From Nemertoderma westbladi (lineage: Eukaryota; Animalia; Xenacoelomorpha): 43,487 nucleotides of DNA. Location: assembly GCA_032718475.1 (NCBI GenBank), contig JAUCBJ010000521.1, positions 1 through 43,487 on the forward strand, read 5' to 3'. The position numbers were made by a program, and so were the translations under genes. Below the pieces are notes generated by a model that saw only the letters and a list, made by a program, of their open reading frames with translations, did no database searches and was not told where the DNA came from. Below are positions 32,222 to 43,487 of this stretch, piece by piece. How positions within the stretch are numbered: the stretch's first letter is position 1; each line of letters begins with the position of its first letter.

Positions 32222-32350
32222 ACTTGAATAATCATCGTACAAATAGATATAGTAAATACAAATGAGGACTTAATGTAATCTTTTAGCAAAGTTAATTCGA
32301 ATAAAATAAAATTTTGAAAATCCACGGCATTTAGAGAATATAATTCTATA

Positions 32351-32683
32351 ATATATACTTCGTGAAGTTCTGTGATCTATACTTCGTAAAGTTCTGTGAT
32401 GTATATATACTTCGTGAAGTTCTTTGATATGTACTTCGTGAAGCTTTGTGATGTATATCGTGACGTTCTGTGATGTATACTTCGTGAAGTTATGTGATGT
32501 ATAGTTCGTGAAGTTTGGAAATGTATACTTAGTGAAGTTCGGTTATGTTATAGTTCGTGAAGTTCGGTGATGTAAACTTACAGTAGTGAAGTTCGGTGAT
32601 GTATAGTTCGTGAAGTTCCGTGATGTAGGCCTATTATATATAGTTCGTGAAGTTTGGTGATGTATAGTTAGTGAAGTTCGGTT
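32351..32683. repeat. 24-28-bp minisatellite, segment 3 (degenerating edge)
   Basis: Same core, drifting to atagttcgtgaagttcggtgatg. Confidence 0.9.
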
Positions 32684-32846
32684 TTAGACACCAAGTGAGT
32701 TCAAACTATGTTACTTTCTGTCATGCAAATACTGAGTTACCATAGTACGAGGTTGTGAACATGCCGATGCTCGCGACTATTGCATTGACAGTATAGTATT
32801 AAGCGAAGGGATTATAAGGTAGATATAAAAGGGGAAGTAAAGTAAA

Positions 32847-32921
32847 GGTCGAGCAGGTAGAGCTATCACACGGTTTGTGAGAGGTCCCTGGTTCGAATCC
32901 CGGTCCCAACGTGAATTTTTC
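32847..32921 (+). mobile_element. tRNA-derived SINE head or tRNA pseudogene
   Basis: Degenerate A box (ggtcgagcaggtagagc), perfect B box GGTTCGAATCCC at 32890-32901, then a T-run. Confidence 0.55.
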
Positions 32922-35900
32922 AACAGGTCCATATCTTTCAATATGGTTCTATTTGAACTTTGCCAGCGGGTGTCGGCCTTCAACATCTTTAATAATTAAT
33001 TTCCCCGATTTAACATCTTTACCTTACTTTCTTTCTAATAAACTTTATATTTACACTAAAAAACAGCTAGTGTTTGTACAGTAGTTCACGACAGGTTACA
33101 CTGAAGGTGGTACAGTATGTGAGCCTGGGCCCTCTCAATGTCTTATTTATGATTACATCCACTGCCTACTGTAGAGATTATCTTATTTAGCGTGTACTGT
33201 ACACGCAATTAAATATACTGGTTAACTACAGTTGTATTACACAATATGTTGTACTGTAATGAATGTGTTGGATATATTGTATATGCCCTATATGAAAGAT
33301 GGTATGAAGGCACCATGGTATGATGTATGGTATGAAGGCATCTCATTGTAATATATATTATTGATCTTTGTATAAGTACAATGTTGTCTATGCTTTCAAA
33401 CGATCATTCCTTACAAAATAAATATCCACTCTCGGCATGTGGTCCTCAGTGACCTTGTGCCACCAATACACTCTGACAGTCTGGCATCAAGAAAATGGAT
33501 GCACAATGTAATAGATTCTGTTATATTCACAGCAGATGGGTTATACCCAACCACACGTAACCAAACTGTAACCAAACACGCACTAAAATAAGAATCTGTG
33601 GACCTCACTTCTGGATCAGGACTAGAAGCAGAACGAGCAATACAAAGCAGAAAGTAGACTCCACCCTAGAGACCATTACATACTTAGGTCCGCGCCTGTC
33701 AACCGGAATTCGCAACGAAACATACACCAAAGATACTGACGACCCCTTGAAACATTACTACTATGACCTGGATAGCATAATGCAGCGGCCAAAAAGAGAA
33801 GCATTACAACAGGAGAAGCATTAATGTCTCTAAGATTCTTGCCATACGAGATGATCTGTTCATGAAGGTCAAACTTCTCATGTCCGCTGTTGACTCAACA
33901 GCTATGCACCTGAGATCCCGTACAGCCACCAACGAACTGGCTGTGGACATCTTTGAACTATATACATGTAACTTTGACAAAGTGTACACAACATCTTGCC
34001 AGAAACTAAGAAGTAAATGAAGAAGTAAATGACAGCCCATCGAACTCATCAACAGACTCCCTGAGAAATGAACTACTCAGCATTATTACAGCCATGCAAT
34101 CCAGACTCAGTAAATATGAATCTAATCATGAACAAATGCTACAAAGATCAACGAATCTCGAAGATGAATTACAGCACGAGAGGCACTGCCGTTCAATCCT
34201 GGAACAGAAGGTATCTGATCTAATGAATGAAAATAATCTCTTACCAGTTAATCTTGTCACAGCTGACGTTGACAACGAGGCTGAATAAGATGACCTTATA
34301 ACACTTGATTCATACCATGACAACTCTCCAGCAGTAGCGCATCAACAGCGCAGTCAAAGTACCAAGTCTGAGTGGATCCAAAATACATCTAAACCAAGTA
34401 GACCTAACAACAGCAGCAGGAACACCATCAACACCAACATGACAAACACAAATAGTAAACATCAATCCACAACTTCCACGTACAATAGATTTGAGCATCT
34501 TAGCAACAAAGGTGAAAAGATACACAACAGAACTCCATGGAGACAAACAGGTAATAAGAAAACCCATAGAGACATAGTCAATTCACCACTGAAGCAGAGC
34601 GGTGATAAACGCCACGTGTACACCCATGACAAAACACAAAGAAGGATGAATGCAACCCGGCAAAAAATCTCCAACATAGGTCTATCCAGCACCAACCTGC
34701 ACCAACAGCACCAAGGTACTCACAATCAGCCAGGGAAAAATTTGAAGGCCATTCAATCCATAATAAAGGGTCACCAAAACTTATACACCACTACCTCAAT
34801 GAGGCCAAACACAAAACAGATAATAAGGTAAACCTCCAATCAGCGAAACAAAGAAGGACAAACTTTATCAATGATGTTCATAAGAAGCATATTATAAGAG
34901 GACATCACTGAATACCTCTATAATCATAATGTAGAGGCATATCGAATAACAACTAGAATTACAAACAACTGCAAAAACTTTAAGGTAGAAGTCGACTTGG
35001 ATAAAAGGGACACAAGGATGGTAAATTCTGGCCCCAGGGAATTACATGCACTGACTGGTTCAACCGCTCTAGAACATATGACTGGGGCCACAGCAAATTG
35101 AGCACTGACCACCCAAATCGCCAAGCACATTATTTTTAACCCAAGCTCTACCATGGATAAGGACACTGTCCAGCAACTAAATCTTACAAGCTTTAACGTA
35201 CGCGGCCTTCTTAGCAACTGGAGTTATATTAGTAAGTTAGGATTAGACAGTGACGTGCTTGCAATCCAGGAACATTGGCTGGACAGAACTGAATCAAACG
35301 AACTAATACCATCACTATTCGGAGATAATTTTACCTGCCATTACTTACCAGGCACTAGAAAACCAAACTGTCCCCGTGGTCAAGGGGGTGTGGCCCTAGC
35401 TTTCAAACATGATAGATTCAGCAGTTGTACGAAAGTGTGATCCGGTACAGATATTGTTGGAATACATGCCAGGCTCAAAGGAAACCTACAAGAGGAGTTA
35501 CTACTTATCAGTGCATATGGACCTGATACTGGGAAAAACATGGCAGATTACTCTGATTTTCTGAGATGCTTAACAGCCATTATCATGAAATACCCGAGGT
35601 GTAAGCCAGTTATACTCACTGATACAAATGCTGACCTGGGCGCACTTCAAGGCCCAAGATATGGACGCCTAAAACCAACCCGCAGAGGAAAGATACTTAA
35701 TTCCTTCATTGCAAATAATAACCTAACTGCAGTGGATACATGTAATAAGTTCACCGGCCCCTGTAACACTTTCTACGGTGTCTCTAATAGTTACATTGAC
35801 CATGTGCTAGCTCCTAAGTCAGTAGAACAGTCTATTGTTCAAGGATGTATACCCGATAGACGATAGAAACACCAGCTGCAGGTACTCATGAGGGCCTAGT

Positions 35901-37957
35901 AAGCTACTACTATTGATGTTCCAATCAATCTTACAATCTCATTGGTAACTTCTACTGCCACACGATGTGACACTTACTCCTGTGGTGGTATAAATCTTTC
36001 AGTCAACAACGATATGACTGGTCGAAAACATCTCACAATAACTTAATCAAATACAAATAAGAAATACTTTCAGAGATAACAAAGATGTTGGACAGCATGT
36101 CTAATGACCAAACATGGAAGAGTACTGACATAGATCTCATCACCAACAAGCTACAACATATCATTACATCAGCTGCAAATAAATACATTAATAATAATAA
36201 TAATAATAATATATATTTATTTATATAGCGCCTTTCTAGGCATATTTCAAGGCGCTTTTGAATAAAAATTAACAATACGGTAAAAAACAGTAAAAACATG
36301 TTGACATAAAAACATATATACAATGAGTTAAAATGAGTTAAAAAGGCGCATCATGGTACTCGCGTTGAAATAAAACAGTTTTCAGTTTCGATTTAAAAGT
36401 TGTCAATGTAGTGGCTGATCGCACGTCATAAGGTAGTGAGTTCCAAACACGTGGCCCGGCAATGGAGAATGCGCGCCTGCCATAGTTCTCTAGCGAGTAC
36501 CGAGGGGTTACCAAAAGATTACCCGCTTGAGCGTAATTCTCTACCGGGTGTGTATGGCGTCAATAAGTCGCTGAGATAGTGCGGTGCCAAGCCATTCAGA
36601 CACTTATAGCACAACATTGCCAGTTTGAATTCCACCCGTCTAATAATAGGGAGCCAATGAAGTCGTTTTAGAACGGGAGTTATGAGTTCTCGCTTCTTGA
36701 CACTTTCTAATAGTCGCGCGGCAGAGTTTTGTACATATTGCAGCGTTTTCATATATTTGGCAGGCAATCCATAATAAAGAGAATTATTATTATCCAATTT
36801 ACTTGTAATGAAAGCATGTATTAAGATTTCTAAGTCGGGTTTGCAGAGATATCGCTTGATTTTAGATAGGTTCCGAAGATGGTAGAACGAGTCTCGTACA
36901 ACATTGGAGATTTGTTTTTTAAAGGTAAGGTGCGAGTCCATGATGAAACCTATATTTCGTGCGTGATCGCTGTTAGATATAAAATCATTTCCAATATTAA
37001 CTTTGATGGGGGAAACTTGGTCACCAAATCGAGACTGCAGTAAAAGTACCTCGGTTTTATCTGTATTCATTTTTAAAAAATGGTCCTTCATCCAAATTCT
37101 TACATCTCTGAGGCAATTTTCTGTAATGTTTACAGCATCCACATAATTTATAGGTTTGAATGATATGTACAACTGCGTGTCGTCAGCATACAAATGGAGA
37201 GAAAGACCGTATTTTCTGATTACCTGTGATAGTGAACGAGTATATATCGAAAAAAGTAGTGGACCAAGCACTGATCCTTGGGGTAATCCAAACTTAATAT
37301 CTTGGTGCTTTGAATAAGACTCCCCAATCCTGACTCCTTGTGTTCGTCCATGGAGATAAGATGTGAACCAGTCCAATGCCGTCCCACGAACCCCAATACA
37401 ATTATCCATGATATATATTAGTTTATTGTGATCGACAGTGTCAAATGCGGCACTTAAATCTAATAATATCAGAAGCACTGTTGAGCCACCATCGATTTCA
37501 CGCAATATATCGTTGTTGACCTTCAATAAAGCAGTTTCAGTGCCATGGAACTGCCGGTAGGCACTCTGCATTGGCTCATATAAACCATGTAGATTCATAT
37601 GTGTAATTAGCTGCTGTGCTACCGCCCTCTCAACTAGCTTCGATATAAATAATAAGTTAGATAATGGTCGAAAATTCTTAAATATTTCGGGATCCATGCT
37701 GACTTTCTTTAAAACCGGTGTGAGTATAGCCTCCTTTAGTAAATAGGGTACAGTCGCAGTTGTTATAGATAGATTTATTATCAATGTTATGATTGGCAGA
37801 AGCAGATCTATTGATAATTTGAGAACTCGTGTCGGCAATGGGTCATGGGGGCTAGATTTCGATTTCGACTCTTTTATAAGAGTAGCAGTTTCATCCATTG
37901 ACACCTTACGAAAGTCTGTGAGTATTTCAGGCGGAGTTGCATCATTGCACATAGATG

Positions 37958-38587
37958 GGTCGCCAGCATCAATGCCAGGGTCGCCCATAGTAACCGTCGA
38001 CTCAGGAGGGTCGCCCACAGTAACCGACGACTCGGGAGGGTCGCCCGTAGCAACCGTCAACTCGCCCGGGTCGCCCGTAGCAACCGTCGACTTGGGAGGG
38101 TCGCCCATAGCAACCATCGACTCGGGAGGGTCGCCCGTAGCAACCATCGACTCGGGAGGGTCGCCCGCAGCAACCGTCGACTCGGGAGGGTCGCCCGTAG
38201 CAACCATCGGCTCGGGAGGGTCGCCCATAGCAACCATCGACTCGGGAGGGTCGCCCGTAGCAACCATCGACTCGGGAGGGTCGCCCGTAGCAACCATCGA
38301 CTCGGGAGGGTCGCCCGTAGCAACCATCGACTCGGGAGGGTCGCCCGTAGCAACCGTCGACTCGGGAGGGTCGCCCGTAGCAACCATCGACTCGGGAGGG
38401 TCGCCCGTAGCAACCATCGACTCGGGAGGGTCGCCCGTAGCAACCGTCGACTCGGGAGGGTCGCCCATAGCAACCATCGACTCGGGAGGGTCGCCCGTAG
38501 CAACCATCGACTCGGGAGGGTCGCCCGTAGCAACCGTCGACTCGGGAGGGTCGCCCGTAGCAACAGTCGACTCGGGAGGGTCGCCCA
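37958..38587. repeat. 30-bp in-frame minisatellite (GDPPESxVAT, about 20 copies) inside L2 ORF2
   Basis: Unit gggtcgcccgtagcaaccatcgactcggga. Confidence 0.95.
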
Positions 38588-39897
38588 ATATATCATCGCG
38601 GATATTTGATATTTTATTTTCAAAGAAATTTATGAATGCATTTGCCAACAATTTATCATCATCATGTGATGGGAGAACGTTTTTATTATTGCGGTGTAGA
38701 ATTTTATTAATAACTGTGAAAAGCGTCTTTTGATCACCAGAATTCGTTTTTATGATGTTGCTATAGTACTCTTCCTTGGCAGCGACAATAATTTCAGAGA
38801 CCACATTACATTGTTGACGATATGCAATACAATCTATTGCAAGTTTTGACTTCCGATATCTGCGTTCTAGTTGGCGTCGTTTTCTTTTTTCAATTGTAAT
38901 GTCATTAGTATACCATTTAGCATTAGGGTGTTTAATGATAGTCTTTTCCACTACTGGGGCATGATTGTTAAATATATTACTCAGAGTATCATTGTATAAA
39001 TCGGTGAGCTCGGTAATGTTCATCTCCGAGTGTGATTCCTCTGCACAAAGAGGTGACCGCGCCACGTCACCCAAGAACATATCCAAATCAAATTTTTTCA
39101 TGTTCCTGAAAGAAATCTTTCCGATTTGTACTTCAGGTTTGTTAATGTTAATGTTGAAATATATCGCAAAGTGGTCAGATAGACCGATATTTCGCACACT
39201 TACATTCTTAATAATGTGGTCGTCATCTGTCGTAGTTAGAACCAGATCTAAAGTATGACCTTTTATGTGTGTTGGTTCATGGACCCATTGTTGGAGCCCA
39301 AAACAGTTTATTACATCCAAGAATTCGCCAGCTTCTTTATCATTCAATACATCAACATGGAAATTAAAATCTCCCAAGATGACTAAACGTCCAGGTAGAA
39401 TAATTATACATTGTAGAAGTTCTGCAAATTCTTCAAAAAACAATGAAGCTGTGAACCCGTTGGGCACGTTCGGTAAATAATTAGCAGTCTAATTACAGTC
39501 CCGCAATGCACAAATGTTAGTTCAGTGTAATCGAAAGTGAAGTAGTAAAACTTACATTCGTGTTGTTTTAGTTGAAGGATTTCTTTCGATATGCAAGCAA
39601 CACCACCCCCTGGTATTACACCTCTAGGTTTGTGCTTCAGTGTATATCCCATGGGACAGATTTCTCCAATGGCAATATTGTCGCTAAAATTTCCTTTAAG
39701 CCAGGCCTCAGTGACAGCCATTATATCTATATTGCCATCAACAATATAATCATTTAATACTGCAGCTTTATTATTTATAGAACGCGCATTATATAAGCAA
39801 ATACTTAACAGAGTTGGATCAAGTACAGCAAACTCTTTTGGGTCCGTAATAGTGGAAGAAGCTGTGGGTAGTCTGTGGGGAGCTGTGGGGATAACAT

Positions 39898-40288
39898 AGT
39901 CCCTTTGGGGAACGCGATTCGGGGGGCCCTGGGGGGGAACGCAGTCTTTAACTGGGTCCCTGGGGGGAACGCAGTCGATGGCGGGGTCCCTGGGGGGAAC
40001 ACAGTCGTTAACTGGGTCCCTGGGGGGAACGTAGTCGATGGCGGGGTCCCTGGGGGGAACACAGTCGTTAACTGGGTCCCTGGGGGGAACGTAGTCGATG
40101 GCGGGGTCCCTGGGCAGAACGCAGTCGATGGCGGGGTCCCTTGGGGGAACGCAGTTGATGGTGGGGTCCCTGGGCGGAACACAGTCGATGGCGAGGTCCC
40201 TTGGGGGAACGCAGTTGATGGTGGGGTCCCTGGTGGGAATGCAGTCGATGGCAGGGTCCCTGGGGGGGACGCAGTCGATGGCGGGGTC
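39898..40288. repeat. 30-bp in-frame minisatellite (DPAIDCVPPR, about 13 copies) at the L2 ORF2 N-terminus
   Basis: Unit gggtccctggggggaacgcagtcgatggcg. Confidence 0.93.
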
Positions 40289-40311
40289 GCTAGCTGTTCT
40301 ATGATCTGCTG

Positions 40312-40590
40312 TCATTCCACCTGCGAAGCAGATGAATTTCGTGTCGCTACGTTTCCGGAATTATGTTGAGATCGGTTGATAGTTCGGGATCGGTGGATAT
40401 TCCGGGAAGTAGACTGAGCATATGTCCGGGGTGTCTCGATAACAGACTCGTTTTCACCAACCTTAACATTATCTGTAACAGGCGAGTTCTTATTAGATGT
40501 TAACTTCTTAAGAGTCGATGCGTCTACAACCTCGTTACGGAAAATAATCCAATGTTTGTCCGGGTCTGTCAGTATTAAACAGGTTATCAT
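40312..40590 (-). pseudogene. C-terminal remnant of L2 ORF1
   Basis: Open frame from the element's 5' end; its stop overlaps the ORF2 start (ATGA). Confidence 0.5.
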
Positions 40591-43487
40591 AATTAAGAAG
40601 AAACGAGGTAAGAAACGCTTAAGAAACCAGCACTTGTATGTATGAACGTGTAAAAACCTCTACATCACTATACAATATTTGGAAAAAGCGTGGAAAATTA
40701 AAAAGTGATGAATTTGCTACCAAATTTCATGAGTCCAAAAAATTGGTAAGGAAACTGCGCAATTACTTATTAAAGATTGACTTGGATACAACCATACACT
40801 CACACTCCTACCTGAAACACAAAAAGGCAACGTTAAACTATTTTGGAAAAGTCTACTTGGATGCAACCAATCAAGTGCAGGAATACATATGAGGATGAGT
40901 CTGCATAAACACACGAAAGCCAAATTCCAAATCGCCAAAGATCAAGTAGAGGAAAGGGCAAACATGGGGAAACATTTGAATGAAAACTGCCAAACCTCAG
41001 GGAACACAGGTCCCATGCTATCCACTGCCACAGTTAAAAGAGCCGTTCTCTCACTCAAAACAGGCAAGGCATAAGATTTAAGAAGTCTGTCCATAGAACA
41101 TATACTACAGTACATGCATGTGATGACATTATCTTCTCCGCTCTTACCAAATTGATAAATAGTTATATTCGAACTGGGTATGTGCCCAATATTCTGTGCG
41201 AGACATTGGTGTCATGTATCTACAAAGGCAAAAACAAGGAAATAATGTGCCTCACCTCATACAGGCCTATATCATCAATATCCATTCTCGCAAAAATCAT
41301 GGAAGCTGCAATACTAGACCAGTATCTTCGACCCATCCTCATTCCGTTTGATACCCAATGGGCATACCAAGATCATATTGGGACAGACCTGATTTTAGCG
41401 AATGTCCTAGAATGTATTGAGCTATATCGATCACAAGGATCTGTCAGATATTTTTGCCAAATGGACGTGGCCTCTGCGTTCGACAGCGTCAACTACTGTG
41501 TGCTGTTTTAGAAACTAAGTTGCACACTGAATCCTGCAGACTCTTATGGAACTATTATAGCAAGGGGATTATGTTTCTAAAGTTCGACTCAGTCATCACT
41601 CTGAAGGTATTGTGATGTACAATGGAGTTAAGCAAGGGTCCCTTATCTCTCCGCTACTATTCAACTTCTTCCTCAAGGACGTATTCGCTGCTCTACATAG
41701 CACAGGTATAGGACACAAAGTGTATAACATAAACATGGGTTCTTCGTCATACGCCGACGACATTGGCCTACTAGCATCACATCCGACGACTTTGGAGCGC
41801 CTTGCAACCACCCTGTGTGTAGAATTAGGGAAAATTGGTCTAACAATTGACCCAGTCAAGATATATTGGACGGCTTTACCAGGATGTATGCATACCCCTT
41901 TCAAACAACATCTGAACATCATTAATAGGATGTATGCAAAATCAAATAACTTGTTCTTCCTAGTGTTTAACATAGGAAGTCTGCCAAACTCAACACCCTC
42001 AGCCAAATCCACAAAATAGTATCTCAGTTCTGTGGCATCTTTCACCAAAGTCCACAATGGGTGGACAACAAGACACTATCCCGTTGAAACCATATCCCTG
42101 CTTTGGAGTTCCATTGCTGTGCCGGCAATTCTATACCGTGCTCAGTACCTCTTTGTACCAGTATCTTCTGTCTCAGTACCTCTTTGGAGCACTTTCTCCT
42201 ACTAACCTCGAGAGGACTAATGCATTCTATAGAAAGAAACTGAGGTCTCTGCTAAAAATCGGAAACTATGTATCCAATGACACCATGCACCATGTTACCC
42301 AGATTAGACCAATCTCTGTGGATGTATCTCGAGAAGCAGTCAAAAAAAGTTATACGCGCGAAAACATGCCCAAACATTCATCTGAGCACAGCTCTCAACA
42401 TTTCCTTACTTCAAAACTCCACCCTGGCCGATCCTATATAGGGCTGGGCAGTCTGTATCATTTAGCTAGGAAAAGCTACAGTCTACCACAACTGATGTTG
42501 CTCATCTTCTACAGATACGACATTACGAACCTGCTAGGAAGTATTCATACCACCAAACCTTCCCCAAAAACAATCATGGATGCCAGCTTCATATCTGAAG
42601 TGTTTGATATGAGCGGCACCACATTTAAAACAAAGAGAAACCTGATACTGAACTACTTCAACATTCCATTACCTGACGAGATGAGACACACATCGCTCGT
42701 TCTCTCAGAGCCTTTGAATCGCATTCCGTATATTGTGCAATTGCTATGATTATTAATTATATTGTATTACTTGTCGTCACCAAGTATATCTTCGAACTGT
42801 AAACCTTATGTTAACAAAATCACATAATGTATATTGGTGCATCTCTTAAACTTATCGATCTATCTCGTTTTTATTTATATAATGTTTTATGCAGTAACTG
42901 TTTTTACTTATTGTCACCATTGTGTGAATTAAACATTATTTATTAAACATATTTTGCCCGTTCACGTTCTTTTCTGGTTAAATGGTCGAAAGGGTCGAAA
43001 TGGTTTTCATTTTATTACTCCTTTCCCTAAATTGGTAACACCAACGTTTATTGTTTTGGTTAGAAAAAGACGTCTCTGAAACCTGATCCTTTCCCTCATT
43101 ATTGTCTGTCAGACATGTTTCTCCTGTGGAACGTATTTTCGCCCCGTTGACCTCTGTTCCCGTGGGCACTTCACTCTACTACTATCGCCATACTCACTTT
43201 AGCTTCGTTGGAATACTTCTGGGGCGAAACCTACAGTACCAATCAGCTACAGCCGTCAACAGATCACCGAAGTCATTGAGGAAAGTCATTAGGGCGCCCA
43301 CCTCGTCTATCCTCACCAGCGGGCATCTACTATACTACAGTACAAGTTTGTGTAAGTATGTAGATTGATCCTGTAGGCGAAAACTTGTAAAAACTTATTC
43401 TTAAATAGCTTTTTGCTAAGCCTGTCTCTCCCTCAAGGAAAATAGCCAAAGGAACTTCATATAATGACTCAATTTTGGAAATGATGT

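Larger units (their letters stand above)
12304..32350 (-). mobile_element. Full-length BEL/Pao (Belpaoviridae-like) LTR retrotransposon with accessory ORFs, about 20 kb
   Basis: Two near-identical 1.9-kb direct repeats. TSD atata at 12299-12303 and 32351-32355; removing the element restores the minisatellite unit gatgtatatatacttcg. Gag-PR-RT-RH-IN order with BEL-type motifs. Confidence 0.96.
30453..32350 (-). repeat. 5' LTR (1898 bp)
   Basis: Direct repeat of 12304-14204. Confidence 0.96.
36337..40315 (-). pseudogene. L2-type ORF2 (APE + RT) with two frameshifts (about 39470 and 36522)
   Basis: YNARSINNK, VTEAWL, GDFNFH, GHTLDLV, SDH; FRPLSNL, LDLSAAFDTV, GLPQGSVLGP, YADDTQ; ITPVLKRLHWLP...LRSS; continues YGRRAFS...WNSLP in a shifted frame. 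Confidence 0.92.
36192..40591 (-). mobile_element. L2/CR1-group LINE, 5'-truncated within ORF1
   Basis: 3' end AAGCGCCTT...AAGGCGCTATATAAAT then (TAT)n. Candidate TSD attaa at 36187-36191 and 40592-40596; the host frame KYI-KKKRGK rejoins across it. Confidence 0.9.
33600..42950 (+). mobile_element. Old, decayed APE-RT LINE (RTEX/L2-like; clade and ends uncertain), split by the L2 insertion
   Basis: ORF1-like coiled-coil remnant near 34094. APE LTSFNVRGL, AIQEHWL, GQGGVA, TDTNADL, SYIDHVL (35153-35866). RT SYRPISS, DVASAFDSV, GVKQGSLISPLLF, SYADDI (41152-42019). Many stops and frameshifts. Confidence 0.8.

Noticed and set aside
32847-32921. Functional tRNA gene (also the LTR modules)
   Set aside because: Acceptor stem does not pair; better explained as tRNA-derived SINE-like sequence.
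37789-38733. Antisense repeat ORF and the shared TGDP/GSPV peptide with the 45-bp satellite
   Set aside because: Shadow ORF of the 30-bp repeat; the match is only about 4 codons and unit lengths differ.
42978-43368. Short ORFs at the window end
   Set aside because: No recognisable motifs; cannot be supported.

Overview
Eukaryotic (probably invertebrate animal) repeat-rich DNA with no recognisable host gene. It holds a 45-bp satellite (1627-5498) and a 24-28-bp minisatellite array (about 6296-32683) split by two insertions: an internally deleted RTE LINE (6842-8709, minus strand) and a young, roughly 20-kb BEL/Pao LTR retrotransposon (12304-32350, minus strand, 5-bp TSD ATATA, 1.9-kb LTRs). 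After these come a tRNA-derived SINE head and a decayed plus-strand LINE interrupted by an L2-type LINE (36192-40591, minus strand). The BEL/Pao element is the unusual part. (1) It has no TGG/tRNA-type primer-binding site; the 13 nt abutting the 5' LTR are the exact complement of a 13-mer inside the LTR, suggesting tRNA-independent self-priming. (2) In the env position it carries an ORF with DEDDy (WRN/EXD/Mut-7-like) 3'-5' exonuclease motifs, followed by a triple CCHC zinc-knuckle ORF, with splice signals placed for a subgenomic mRNA. (3) A 17-nt hairpin motif recurs 10 times through coding and non-coding sequence. (4) The LTRs have TA...TA termini and a tRNA-like A-box/B-box module. All family assignments come from motifs read by eye; no database searches were run.
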